A stretch of 64,000 nt of DNA. Origin: a virus. Numbering within the stretch: the stretch's first letter is position 1; every line of letters begins with the position of its first letter. The position numbers and the translations under genes were made by a program. Of this stretch, positions 1 to 9,723 are shown in pieces. The stretch lies in IMG/VR virus record IMGVR_UViG_3300050343_000177, positions 1-64,000 of that record; one strand, given 5' to 3'. The notes below the pieces were generated by a model, which had not been told where the DNA came from, did not search any database, and worked only from the letters and a program-made list of their open reading frames with translations.

Positions 1-26
1 AGAAAATCCTTAACTAGACTAGTGCT

Positions 27-533
27 ATGAAAGAATACTATACCTACGTTTATTATGACGCTGATTGGGTTGCTTACTATGTAGGCAAAGGTCGTCACAA
101 CCGTAAAAGAGTTAAACGAAAAATAAAAGTTCCACCCAACGAACGCATCCAAGTCTTTCACTTTAATGAGGAGTGGAAAGCATACGAATGTGAAGTAGAG
201 CTTATAGGTTTCTACGGTCGTGCTCAAGACGGCGGCACATTAAGTAATGTTTCGACGGGTGGTCCTGGTTGCCCTGGGGTTATTCCTAATGAAGAGACAA
301 GAGCAAAAATGTCGAGTGTTGCTAAAAAGCGGCCTCCTAAAATATTCACACCAGAATACAGGCGTAATTTATCTATTGCTGCTAAATCTAGATGCCCTCG
401 GATTAGAGCTGAAGCAGGGCGTAAGTGTAGCGCCAAGTTAAAAGGTCGCAAGCAATCTTCGTCTCACGCTGAAGCAAATGGGAAAGCACATGCTAAACCT
501 CGTTTCACTCGAAATGACCATGGCCGACACTGA
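27..533 (+). CDS. GIY-YIG-like homing endonuclease with NUMOD3-like C-terminal motif
   Basis: YTYVY..YYVGKG..R and E..LI..YGR...GTLSN motifs; EETRAKMS NUMOD3-like segment; overlaps the start of the DNA polymerase gene. Confidence 0.7.
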   Translation: MKEYYTYVYYDADWVAYYVGKGRHNRKRVKRKIKVPPNERIQVFHFNEEWKAYECEVELIGFYGRAQDGGTLSNVSTGGPGCPGVIPNEETRAKMSSVAKKRPPKIFTPEYRRNLSIAAKSRCPRIRAEAGRKCSAKLKGRKQSSSHAEANGKAHAKPRFTRNDHGRH

Positions 534-1795
534 TGGCTCAACAAGAAGCCAGTGGCTTCCGCTTTGATATGGATGCAGCTGAACGTGTCGAGGATGAACT
601 CGCATGTGAGGCTGAAAGTATTGAAGAAAAAATTCAAGCATATATAACTACTACCCTGGCAAAGTTATTCACACCAAAACGCACGTCTGCCAAGACTGGT
701 TACGTCGCTGGTGCACCGATGACAAAGCTTGTGGACTTCAATCCAACAAGCAGGACTGCATATCCACTGGGCGCTCACCACCTTCCGTGGTGCTCGTTTC
801 ACCAAGGTGACTGACTCAGCTGGTAAGCCTAAGGTTGATGAAGCCACACTCTCTGAGGTCAGAGACCAAGCACTAGCTGCTGGTAATACACAACTGCATG
901 AAGAGTGTGAGATGTTTATCCGTCTGCTCACTTTGCAAAAGCACATGGGTCAGCTGTCTGAAGGTGCTAACTCCTGGCTCAACTCGATTGAGAAGATGGT
1001 TGTATCCATCACAGCTGCACTCTTGCTACACAGACTGGACGTAACGCTCACCGTGGTCCTAACCTCGGGCAGGTTGTTCTGCACCATGGGCTACGGAATT
1101 GTTTGTTCCATTCCCTGGTCATGTCATGGTCGGTGCTGACTTAGAAGGCATCGAGCTCAGGGCACTTGGGCACTACCTTGCAGTCTTTGATGAAGGCTCT
1201 TTGCTGAAGTTGTATGCAATGGTGATATCCACCAGCAGAATGCTGACCGCGTGGGCTGCACAAGACCTCAGGTCAAGTCGCTGACCTATGCGTTCATCTA
1301 TGGAGCTGGCGATGCCAAGCTTGGCCACGTCTTGCATCCTGAGTATTCAGATGCACAGAAGAAGTCACTTGGCAGTGAGCTTCGTCGTAAGTTCCTTGAT
1401 GCTATCCCTGGACTAGAGCCACTGATTAATGCAGTGAAGCTTAAGGTCCGTGAGACTGGCAAGCTCAAAGGCTTAGATGGTCGTCCTATCTTCTGTGACG
1501 GAGAACATAAGAGTCTAAACTTCCTTGCTTCAAAGCTGTGGTGCAATCCTCAGTAAGCGTTGGTGTGTCATCTCACAAGAGTTGATTGACCAAGCAGGGC
1601 TTACCTACAACACTGACTACACTCGTTGCGCCTACGTGCACGATGAACAGCAGTTCTCTGTGCTGCCATCAGAAGCAGACCGTGTTGCACAATTGCTTGT
1701 CGAAGCTGCACCACTTGCTGGTCAGTATTACAAGTTCAAGGTTCCTATTACTGCTGCATCAGACATCGGTGCAATAGCTGGGCTGCACGCATTAG
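490..1795 (+). CDS. polA: Family A DNA polymerase, polymerase domain (several frameshifts, spread over ORFs 533-1878)
   Basis: Motif A GADLEGIELRALGHY, motif B RPQVKSLTYAFIYG, motif C YVHDE, plus GLDGR and LQSCGA; likely start ATG 490 (MLNLVSLEM). Confidence 0.9.
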
Positions 1796-2022
1796 ATATA
1801 ATAGTTTCTATGGAAGAAACAGAGATTACATTTACAATGAATGAGCGTTCAGTATACGAGCGCTACATTCAGCTGTAGTCTTCACTTTAGAGAAGTGGGC
1901 AGGCCAAGGAGAGCTTGACCAAGAGTGTTTGCTAGGTATCAAGCCAGCACTACAAGGCTGTGTATTTGAGTTTCAACTCAACCGTTCGCGGTGAACATCA
2001 GATAACAGCTAGACTATAAATA

Positions 2023-2078
2023 CGTTCAACCGCACACATTAGGGGACGCAAGTAAGCAAGTTAAGTGCTGAAGGAACG
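2023..2078 (+). ncRNA. Glutamine riboswitch (glnA-motif-like)
   Basis: P1 CGTTC/GAACG, GACGCAAGTA junction, AGTA/GAA E-loop closing an AGC..GCT stem; TAGACT -10 box at 2010-2015; sits upstream of a DUF4278-like gene. Confidence 0.8.
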
Positions 2079-2106
2079 GGAAATTTCCCCTCACTAGGAG
2101 TTTCCA

Positions 2107-2289
2107 ATGACTACTATCCAAGCAAGGAGCCTTGATAACGCTCGTAAGCAAATGGCGCGTGCTCGTAAAGAGCTTGAGCTAGCCCGTATTAACGACACTC
2201 ACTACCGTGGTGTTGAATATACACCTGTCTCTCAAACACATGAGACACATGGCACCTTCGTTTATCGAGGTCGCACTTACACTAAATAA
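2107..2289 (+). CDS. DUF4278-like small protein (related to the N-terminus of GS inactivating factor IF17)
   Basis: Two YRG motifs (HYRGVEY, VYRGRTYTK); AGGAG RBS; riboswitch upstream. Confidence 0.75.
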   Translation: MTTIQARSLDNARKQMARARKELELARINDTHYRGVEYTPVSQTHETHGTFVYRGRTYTK

Positions 2290-2294
2290 CACTT

Positions 2295-2316
2295 AGCCCG
2301 CTAACGCGGGCTTTTT
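2295..2316 (+). terminator. Intrinsic terminator
   Basis: AGCCCGC-TAAC-GCGGGCT then T tract, directly after the stop. Confidence 0.8.
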
Positions 2317-2327
2317 CTTACGTTCTT

Positions 2328-2966
2328 TTAGCCCTGATTGGTTAAACCAAGTGCATCAAGCAGCACACTTGTACCTGCGCCTGCTCCTGCACTAGCTGCA
2401 ATAAGACCTACTAAACCTTTACCTCTTGCTCTTTTTGTTCGGTATCTAGGATCACGCACTTCATTGTAGATCGCAGGGCCCGAGGCAATAGTTCCGCCAG
2501 CAAGAGCACCTAGTACAGCATCACCACCATCTGCTCCACCTAAGCCAGCAATACCTGTCAGCCCAAGCACACTACCGCCAGCAATTGCAGCTTCAGTCAA
2601 TGCACTATCTGTAAATAAACCTTTAGTATTTTTAATCTGTTCGTACATATCTTTTACGTTATATCCAAGAATCTTATTGATATAACTATCTTTCACTTCT
2701 TCCGCAGCTGTAGGTGGAACTTCCTGTTTAGGAACTGTAGATGTAACGTATGGGGCGTCTACTTTCACAGCAGGTTCCCTAGGTACTGTTGTTTGTATAG
2801 GGAACGGTTCTTGTATTTCTGTCGGAGCTGCGGCTCTAGAAACAGGAACGGCAACTGGTGTGGGAACTACTGCAGCTTTTGTCGGTGTATTAAGACCGTA
2901 ATATCCTCGCATTTCGTCTAGTATGTCTTGCTGCAAAGCAAACATTGGACTGTTTGATTGCGTCAT
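2328..2966 (-). CDS. Hypothetical Pro/Gly/Ala-rich protein (may extend upstream across a frameshift)
   Basis: 212-aa ORF with glycine-zipper-like C-terminus. Confidence 0.55.
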   Translation of the reverse strand: MTQSNSPMFALQQDILDEMRGYYGLNTPTKAAVVPTPVAVPVSRAAAPTEIQEPFPIQTTVPREPAVKVDAPYVTSTVPKQEVPPTAAEEVKDSYINKILGYNVKDMYEQIKNTKGLFTDSALTEAAIAGGSVLGLTGIAGLGGADGGDAVLGALAGGTIASGPAIYNEVRDPRYRTKRARGKGLVGLIAASAGAGAGTSVLLDALGLTNQG

Positions 2967-3234
2967 TCCAATATTGTCGTAGGCTGACTTGCCTTCTGGA
3001 GTTGTACCTCTGCGCCTTTCTCACGATTGCGTTGCTGCTGCAGTGCAAGCCCTGAAGTAAAGCCACCTGTGCCTGGCTTCTGTTCCTGTGTGCCACGTGT
3101 AACCTTGTTATCCCAAGCCATCTGACCTTTACGTTGCCTGGCTCTTAGCTAGAGCACTTGCACGATTGTTTGGCCGATAGCTCTCTCTATCTTCAGCACT
3201 AAGCCTACGTTTATCTACTGGTTTATTACGTAGG

Positions 3235-3462
3235 TTAGTTGACTTCACTTATGTATACATGCCACGGTTCTTTCATTATATAACCTTTTGCACTGTATTC
3301 TATTAAAGGTTGCACTTCACCATCTACTTCAAAGCACACGACCCAGTCGCTGAACTTATCAAGCAACTCGTCTGGAATACTGTCTGCTAACTGATCGATT
3401 GCTGCTAGCTGATGTGGTGAACCTTCGTATGCTTCAAAGAACTTACGTAGGTCTATTCTCAC
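3235..3462 (-). CDS. Hypothetical protein resembling the N-terminus of the endolysin at 10636
   Basis: DLRKFFEAY..SPHQLAAIDQL versus DFKNFFKYY..ESQQVAG. Confidence 0.5.
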   Translation of the reverse strand: MRIDLRKFFEAYEGSPHQLAAIDQLADSIPDELLDKFSDWVVCFEVDGEVQPLIEYSAKGYIMKEPWHVYISEVN

Positions 3463-3940
3463 AGACCCACTTCCTGGTTCAATTTGTTCACTGCTTTAGC
3501 AATAGGCATCACAGTTGTCATAATCTTTTGCAGCATCTCTTTGTCAACAGCTTCGTTACGCTTCTCTAGTAGTTCAACTTTAGTGCTCGTAGCTCCTTCG
3601 TATTCTTTTGTTGTTTTGTGTTTGCTGTTGTGCATACTTAAGGCTAATAAGCAGGGCAAGCACTGGCCCGATTACATATTCCATTTATAAATATCAACTG
3701 CGAAAAGTCTAGCTAAATTCAACCAATCATAAGACCATCATCTGAGAGATCATCGTCTTCCCAACCTTCATCATAGATATCAGTGGAAGACTATCGTCAT
3801 CATCCTGCATCATCAGTAGTGTCATAAATGTATCTTCAGAAATTATTTCTGGCATTCCCTGTTGATTCTCATCAATCTTAAACATAATTCCATTTGCACG
3901 TAGTGTCTCTTGCACTCCGTTCTTCTGCTCCATACGTGTC

Positions 3941-4390
3941 TTAAGCAGGCGTAAGGCAGTCTTTCTCCAATGCTGGGCGGCTCATACGACACACTTCGTA
4001 CCGTGCTCTCGTTAGAGCAAACCTCTGTTCGATAGTAAGTGGGTTCATCTAATTCTTCCTCTATAAATCTTTTGTTAGAAATCCATTCTTCAATAAGCTC
4101 TTGAGCGACAATGTTATAAAACTCTTGTCGTTGAAACCATACTAACCAAGATTCAGAACCTTTGTCTGCATTACATGAGCGACAGGCAGGGATCAAGTTA
4201 CTTCTTAAGACTTGAACCTCCTTTGCTTTTTGGTTTGCAATGGTCAAGAGTGTCGGCTCTATTGCACCTGCAGTAGGCACATAGTCCTCCCCAACCGTAT
4301 TTGATCTGTTGTCTGAACTTGCGCTTGGCTGTCTTCTTCGATAGACAGTTTAGGTCGAACAAAATCTGACCAGTCTTCGGCAATTCCCAT
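3941..4390 (-). CDS. HNH endonuclease (frameshifted)
   Basis: CAYC..TLDH..PKSKGG followed by NLIPACRSCNADKG across ORFs 4198-4383 and 3843-4280. Confidence 0.8.
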
Positions 4391-4457
4391 AGTTGTTAGT
4401 TAGCAACTTACGAATAATCTAACTACTATGCGTCTCTTTGAGTTTTATGTAGTGACT

Positions 4458-4694
4458 TTAGTAGCACTTATTCTTTACAATAGCGTCTAGCTTGTCTTCC
4501 ATCCTTATTAAATGTGATTCCATTCTGTCCATTGCTGTTTGCAATTCATTCTTGCTTACAAAGTCTTGCACAATTCGCAGTTCAATACCATCAACACGTC
4601 TATCAAGATGACTGATTTTATTATAGATACGACTAGTAAGCACAGCAAACCCTGTACCTACTGCTATAAATACTGGAACGAATGGTTCAATCAT
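4458..4694 (-). CDS. Membrane-anchored coiled-coil protein (lysis region)
   Basis: Hydrophobic N-terminus MIEPFVPVFIAVG then a heptad-like helix. Confidence 0.55.
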   Translation of the reverse strand: MIEPFVPVFIAVGTGFAVLTSRIYNKISHLDRRVDGIELRIVQDFVSKNELQTAMDRMESHLIRMEDKLDAIVKNKCY

Positions 4695-4850
4695 CTGTAA
4701 ATGCCTTGTGTGATTTAGATATAGACCATCCGTCCATGCCGAATGTTCCTGTTTCTTTGAATGTAACTTTAGATTTTTCGACAGCATTTTCGAGGACTTC
4801 TATCGTTTCGATATAGTCCTCTATTGCTTCATCAACTATTAATGGAACAA

Positions 4851-5012
4851 TCAGGTCTTTGGGAGCAAAGCATCCCTGACTGCAGCAACTGCTCGGTCAT
4901 CAAGAGTGTTCTCACTCTTTGCAGCAAGTGCTTCCAGTAGTTCTACAATCAATCTCTTGACGCTGGTTGAGGTCAAGAAGCTGAACAAAATTGGGCGCAA
5001 TAGTGTCAACAT
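4851..5012 (-). CDS. Small holin-like protein (frameshift near end)
   Basis: MLTLLRPILFSFL..VKRLIVELLEALA..SENTLDDRAV read from the sequence; TAGAAT -10 box upstream. Confidence 0.5.
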   Translation of the reverse strand: MLTLLRPILFSFLTSTSVKRLIVELLEALAAKSENTLDDRAVAAVRDALLPKT

Positions 5013-5035
5013 TAGTCTTATGCAACTTCCTTTAC

Positions 5036-5160
5036 TATTCTACAAACTACAAAACTACGCTAGCTACGCTGCTATCTAACCCTTTCTAAAAAAAGTCCTA
5101 TAGGTATAGCAAGGGATTTAACAAACAGGTATATAGAAAACTACTGTAGTTAGCGTAGTT
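5036..5160. repeat. Dispersed ~125-bp iteron-like element, copy A
   Basis: AAACTACAAAACTACGCTAGCTACGCT..CTAACCCTTTCT-A tract-variable core-AAACAGGTATATAGAAAACTAC..GTAGTTAGCGTAG. Confidence 0.9.
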
Positions 5161-5168
5161 TCTATCAA

Positions 5169-5975
5169 TTATTGCCTTACCTGACGAATTGCCTTTAACT
5201 TATCCTCCAAAGTCCAAGTTCCGTAGCGTGCTGTCATTCCATTTATTTTGTGACCTACAAGCTTAGAAATCATTGAATCCTGCAGCTCTGCTGACCTACA
5301 GCGAGTAATGAAGTTATGACGCAGTGAGTGTGCTGCTTCCCCTTTCGGTAGTTGCATTCGTTCGCTAAACATCTGACTCCAGTTCTTACCAGGGTATTGA
5401 CTGTAGTCAGTCGTTAGACGATTGACCTGTGTATAGAACTCAGGGTGAATAGGCACGTCTCTCTGTGCTCCTGGCTTGATATTTCTGACACTATTTTTCT
5501 TTATACGAAAGTAAGGTATCTGATTGTCGAAGCGTATTTCGTTTGGCAAGAGCCCTGCAATTTCACCGATGCGGAAGCCGTGATACCAGATAGCTAGGAA
5601 GATAGGGTCTGCTTGATAACGCCCGTAGTAACTGAAGGGTCTCACTGGATACTCTTTACCCAAGCGGTTGTAATCAGTATTTAATTTAATCTTTTTACTT
5701 GCCTTACTCCAGTAGTTAGGCACATCAATAATCTCATCTTCTGTTGCCATATTCCAGATACCTGTCAGCAGGCTCAACCTCCTGCGTAATGTCTCAGGAG
5801 AAAGGGTGCCTATCGGCTTAAGCTGAGACTTCCAATAACGATTGACAGTCATACGGTCAATGTCATGCACGTCAACATCAGCTATTGGCTTAGCTGCTTT
5901 AAGCCAGCACTTGAATGTTGAGTCACGGATGTCCTGCATGTCGCGAACATCTAAGAGCAATTGAGAGACTTTCAT
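5169..5975 (-). CDS. int: Tyrosine recombinase/integrase
   Basis: HGFRIGEI (R), HSLRH (HxxR), LVGH, MTARY (Y). Confidence 0.9.
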   Translation of the reverse strand: MKVSQLLLDVRDMQDIRDSTFKCWLKAAKPIADVDVHDIDRMTVNRYWKSQLKPIGTLSPETLRRRLSLLTGIWNMATEDEIIDVPNYWSKASKKIKLNTDYNRLGKEYPVRPFSYYGRYQADPIFLAIWYHGFRIGEIAGLLPNEIRFDNQIPYFRIKKNSVRNIKPGAQRDVPIHPEFYTQVNRLTTDYSQYPGKNWSQMFSERMQLPKGEAAHSLRHNFITRCRSAELQDSMISKLVGHKINGMTARYGTWTLEDKLKAIRQVRQ

Positions 5976-6015
5976 TGTGTATTCGGGTTATAAGCAACGC
6001 CAATACATATCTAAC

Positions 6016-6042
6016 AAAAAACCCCACCGTTAGGTGAGGTTT
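6016..6042 (-). terminator. Terminator downstream of the tRNA-like att core
   Basis: Minus strand AAACCTCACC-TAAC-GGTGGGGTTTTTT. Confidence 0.75.
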
Positions 6043-6053
6043 AAGCTAGAAAA

Positions 6054-6071
6054 CGGAGAGGGAGGGATTCG
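6054..6071 (-). other. Putative attP core matching the 3' end of a tRNA-Ser
   Basis: Minus strand CGAATCCCTCCCTCTCCG equals the T-loop to acceptor end of GGAGAG-start serine tRNAs; no 5' half present; next to the integrase. Confidence 0.75.
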
Positions 6072-6185
6072 CTCCTTCCGTTATTAGCGTTGTAACCAAA
6101 CTATAGCCCCTAATTGTCACTCAATCAATCAGTTGTGCTTATCAATCAAGGCTAAAGTTTTCCACAGTCCACGCCTTTCGCTCAT

Positions 6186-6401
6186 TTACCTATATTCCGA
6201 CTAATTCTACAATTTTGCTGGGATCTTTTTTGTCTCTTAATATAATATCATTATCTTCTTTTTTAGCTCTTAAAAATAAGCTCATTGCTTTTCTAAAAGC
6301 AATTAACTTGTTCGTCTCTGGGTGTTTTTCATGTATTCATCCAGAGCTTCGAACATGTCGCCGTCCATTCTTCCTTCGAATCTATGGGTGTTTGTTGTCA
6401 T
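6186..6401 (-). CDS. Possible ribbon-helix-helix regulator (frameshifted)
   Basis: MTTNTHRFEGRMDGDMFEALDEY..NK..LLEKAMSLFL pieced together across a frameshift. Confidence 0.4.
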
Positions 6402-6504
6402 TTCGCTTGTCTGGTGTATGTAATTTTATCTTAACCAATTAATAAATAATACTGTCCTTCTATTACTTACCGATAAAAGGAGAGATGTTATTTAGTAATA
6501 GTAT

Positions 6505-6849
6505 CTAAGCAAATACACGATAAGGGGTGCTAGGTGTGACTTCAAATGCTTCCCAACCTTCAGGTGAATCCCCTAGATAATTGATATGAAAACCGTCTAG
6601 TGTCGTTGGAGCGACGGTCTCATTACCGTCTTCATCCCATTCACCCCCAACTGTAATTGTTCCTGTGACATCAATCGCATGGTTATGGCTATATGCCCGT
6701 AGTTGTTCTGATTCGTTGCCATCTTGATCAGTGACAGTTATCATAAATCCAGCAGTACGAGCAGCATCGAGCCAGGTTTCTTCATCAGTAAACCGGAGAA
6801 AAGGTCCTGGTGCTGGTGTGGTTTCGAGTAGTTCTAGTTCTTCAGTCAT
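6505..6849 (-). CDS. Tail-fibre-associated acidic protein
   Basis: FLRF.DE..W, HAIDV.G.I, GFHINY, P.TPYRVFA; typical of genes after cyanophage tail fibres. Confidence 0.65.
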   Translation of the reverse strand: MTEELELLETTPAPGPFLRFTDEETWLDAARTAGFMITVTDQDGNESEQLRAYSHNHAIDVTGTITVGGEWDEDGNETVAPTTLDGFHINYLGDSPEGWEAFEVTPSTPYRVFA

Positions 6850-6866
6850 TATTTTAATTCTGTGAA

Positions 6867-7040
6867 TTAATCTTCTTCAATTGTAAAGACATAGCCAAGC
6901 TCTTGAGCACGGGCTTTGGCTTCTTGTTCGTTATCGAATTGTTCGATGTTTGGTTGGCCTGATTCAAATGCACTGCCGTGCTCTAGTTCAATGTAGTGAA
7001 CCGCATCAGGTCCGTGGCATACGTAATAGGTGTTGTTCAT
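6867..7040 (-). CDS. Small tail-associated protein
   Basis: 57-aa ORF MNNTYYVCHGPDAVHY..GQPNIEQF. Confidence 0.55.
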   Translation of the reverse strand: MNNTYYVCHGPDAVHYIELEHGSAFESGQPNIEQFDNEQEAKARAQELGYVFTIEED

Positions 7041-7044
7041 AGGG

Positions 7045-8397
7045 TTAAGCGTTGTAAGAGATCGTCCAACCCTTATTGATCAGGTTGGTGTAAGCAGTAT
7101 TAGCAGCAGTAGACCAAGTAGTTTTGGCTGCATTAGTGCCGTGGTTGATGCCAAGTGAGATGTTAGAAGCACCGTTCGTATCCAGACTGATAAGTATATT
7201 CTCAATTGATTGTGCAGTTAGGGCACAGCTCGTCCAAGCACTTTTAAATGCGTTAGCACTAAGTGTTCCCGTCGCGTCAAACATATTGGCGGGAAAGCTG
7301 CTAAGCCCGGAACAATGGTACCAGCCGCGGAAAAAGCGCGTCCCACTAGAGGTATCGATCTGGGGGAAGCTGCTAAGCCCGGAACAGCCGTTCCAGGCAC
7401 TGCTGAAGATCGTCCCACTAGAGGTATCGATCATGGGGAAGCTGCTAAGCCCGGAACAGTTTTGCCAGGCGTTGTTGAAGCTTGTCCCACTAGAGGTATC
7501 GATCATGGGGAAGCTGCTAAGCCCGGAACAGCCGTTCCAGGCGCTGACGAAGCTCGTCCCACTACCGGTATCGATCAGGGGGAAGCTGGTGAGGCTTGAA
7601 CAGTCGCGCCACGCAATGTAAAAGCTCGTAACCCCGCTCGTCACATCAAATGGACATACAAACGATGTCATGTTGTCAGCGCCACGCCAAGCGTCTCCTA
7701 GATTCGTGCCTAAATCAGCTTCACCACTAATGGCAACAGAAGTAATCTGATCTACATCTGCACTAACATTATTAAAGTATGGCCTATAAGTATTATCGCT
7801 ATTAACAAGAATGGTGTAATCACCAGCAGTATAAGTGTGAGATAACGTGCTAGAAGTGCTCGACTCGTTGTTACCGTCGCCCCAGTCAACAGTGTAATCA
7901 ACTGCTCCAGTGGATCTTAGGTTAAACGTACCTCCAGCACTTGTAATGCCGTAAGTAATGTCTGATCTAAATGGATTTAGATCTAAACCACCATTTCCAT
8001 GCTTAACCTTTTTAATCTGTTTATCACTATAGTCGTAGTAATAATCATCGTAGTTAACTAAAGCATATAATTCTGTTTTAGGGCATACTAGTATTCTCCT
8101 AATTCCACCGTCACCTTGATTCTTAAATATGACATTAAAGGTAGGTTCATTATTGTTGTCAGCGATAATCTTTAATAGAACATTAGCTTCACAACTCACC
8201 ACAACATAGGAGTCACGATATGCGATCAATGCACATCCTGTGTACGTAACTTTATCGTATGATTGATTCCACCATCGTTTGATTTTTGTATGGCTATGCA
8301 AATAAGGAGCAGGAGGTGCAATTGTGAACTCAGTATTCCCATCGCTTTTTATTAGCGAGTTATATCCATTTAATATTGCTACGGTCATTTTTACCAA
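7045..8397 (-). CDS. Tail fibre/receptor-binding protein with PKD-like DWGDG domain and BspA/DUF285-like repeats; N-terminus probably chimeric
   Basis: YTVDWGDG; repeats of SSFPMIDTSSGTxFxxAWxxCSGL; abrupt change in composition near 7990. Confidence 0.7.
   Translation of the reverse strand: MVKMTVAILNGYNSLIKSDGNTEFTIAPPAPYLHSHTKIKRWWNQSYDKVTYTGCALIAYRDSYVVVSCEANVLLKIIADNNNEPTFNVIFKNQGDGGIRRILVCPKTELYALVNYDDYYYDYSDKQIKKVKHGNGGLDLNPFRSDITYGITSAGGTFNLRSTGAVDYTVDWGDGNNESSTSSTLSHTYTAGDYTILVNSDNTYRPYFNNVSADVDQITSVAISGEADLGTNLGDAWRGADNMTSFVCPFDVTSGVTSFYIAWRDCSSLTSFPLIDTGSGTSFVSAWNGCSGLSSFPMIDTSSGTSFNNAWQNCSGLSSFPMIDTSSGTIFSSAWNGCSGLSSFPQIDTSSGTRFFRGWYHCSGLSSFPANMFDATGTLSANAFKSAWTSCALTAQSIENILISLDTNGASNISLGINHGTNAAKTTWSTAANTAYTNLINKGWTISYNA
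7290..7620 (-). repeat. 66-bp (22-aa) tandem repeats, about 5 copies
   Basis: Recurrent gaagctgctaagcccggaaca and gtcccactagaggtatcgatc at 66-nt period. Confidence 0.9.
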
Positions 8398-8649
8398 ACA
8401 AACACCTTTACTGTTATTATTTTAACTATTAACTAGTAACTATTAACTATTACTTGCTGCCTTGCTAGCTGCTTTAGCTCTAGAAATATTAGGTGTCACG
8501 TTTTTGTCCTCTCTTAGATGCTGTCTGCTTTTTAGCATCAGTAGCATTCTTTTCTTTTGGACTCAGATTGCTCCAAACTTTTTAGGTAGGTAACGTTTGG
8601 TTGAACCATCAGTTGTCCCTATCAGTAGACCCCTTTAGTTTTCCACAGG

Positions 8650-9021
8650 TCAGTCAGGTTGCTTGCTGTACTGCTTACCTTGAGCAGTGTCGCGGCGTTT
8701 CTTGGCCGAGGTTCTGGCGTAGTCTTTATCCGACATTGCATCACGCTTTTTCTTAGGCAGATAGCGTTCGCCAGTAGCGCCTTTGCCTTCGGTGCTGTTC
8801 TTACCAGACTTAGTGCCCCAGTCTTCCTTGGTCCACTTCTTCATCTTGTTGGATTTAGCAGATGGCTTCTTACCTTCGTAAGTACCGCCGCCGTCTTTAT
8901 AAATCTTGGTTGCTAGTTGCATTGCACGAGCAGAGTGCTTACCACCCATACGTGCCTTAGCTTTTGATTTAGCAGCAGCCCACTTAGCGGGATCTTTCTT
9001 CTTTGCAATACCGTCAGCCAT
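8650..9021 (-). CDS. Basic phage protein (DUF5872-like)
   Basis: GKHSARAMQLA, KWTKEDWGTKSG, GERYLPK. Confidence 0.65.
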   Translation of the reverse strand: MADGIAKKKDPAKWAAAKSKAKARMGGKHSARAMQLATKIYKDGGGTYEGKKPSAKSNKMKKWTKEDWGTKSGKNSTEGKGATGERYLPKKKRDAMSDKDYARTSAKKRRDTAQGKQYSKQPD

Positions 9022-9117
9022 TACTTCTTACCTTTGCTGTGTTTACAACCGCATTTTTTCTTTGCGATCTCTTTTTTCTGTTGAAAAATTCTTGAGCCTT
9101 TTGTTTCTTAGACATAA

Positions 9118-9291
9118 TTAAATTATATCTGCGTTAGAGAAGGGAATTATTCTGCCTTGAGCGGCAGCCACATCACGACGACGTTGGCGGTCCATAATAG
9201 AGACCATTCGTTGATTCTCTTGTGAATCTTTTTGTATTTGTTGTTCTAATTTTGCGAATAGGTCTTCGCCTGCCATTCGTTGTTTAGACAT
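9118..9291 (-). CDS. Small protein with RMAG motif
   Basis: 57-aa ORF MSKQRMAGEDLF. Confidence 0.6.
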   Translation of the reverse strand: MSKQRMAGEDLFAKLEQQIQKDSQENQRMVSIMDRQRRRDVAAAQGRIIPFSNADII

Positions 9292-9430
9292 ATGTTTGTC
9301 CTAATAGTTTTGGACCGTGACTCATACCACCTTTAGGTTTTGCGGGATATGTCTCAGGTTTGGTTGCACAACCTTCACCTGTATTAACCATCGGCTTAAG
9401 AGCCTGACCTGCCATACGTTGATTATCCAT
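9284..9430 (-). CDS. Small protein with RMAG motif
   Basis: 48-aa ORF MDNQRMAGQALKP overlapping its neighbours. Confidence 0.55.
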   Translation of the reverse strand: MDNQRMAGQALKPMVNTGEGCATKPETYPAKPKGGMSHGPKLLGQTYV

Positions 9431-9689
9431 TGCACTTCCATTTACGACGGGCTTTCCGTAAACGACTGTCTGGATCTTTAGCAGCTTTCGGAAACTTCTT
9501 CATTTGTCCTGCACTACGAGCGCAGTAAGAATCTTTGCGTTTACCACCTTCAGGCTGAGGTCGTTTAATGTCTTGACCTTGAGCACGTAAAGAAGCACGT
9601 CCTTTTTCATTTAACCCACCATCAGGATTTTTTCCCTCCTTGCGAGTCCAGGCTGCAGTTCTTGCTTTAGCTTTCTTACGATCTGCCAT
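9423..9689 (-). CDS. Basic phage protein (DUF6321-like)
   Basis: AWTRKEGKNPDGGLN..RKDSYCARS..SRLRKARRKWKC. Confidence 0.7.
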   Translation of the reverse strand: MADRKKAKARTAAWTRKEGKNPDGGLNEKGRASLRAQGQDIKRPQPEGGKRKDSYCARSAGQMKKFPKAAKDPDSRLRKARRKWKCNG

Positions 9690-9723
9690 TAGTTATAAGT
9701 AACTGCTCATAACATTTTAACAA

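Noticed and set aside
27-533. Endonuclease as intron- or intein-encoded within polA
   Set aside because: No group I core or intein motifs next to it; upstream context is outside the window
6054-6071. Complete tRNA-Ser gene
   Set aside because: Only the 3' 18 nt are present
7290-7620. Diversity-generating retroelement template/variable repeats
   Set aside because: In-frame tandem protein repeats; no reverse transcriptase in the window and variation is not adenine-specific
8423-8452. TAACTAT short tandem repeat
   Set aside because: Short AT-rich intergenic repeat with no supporting context
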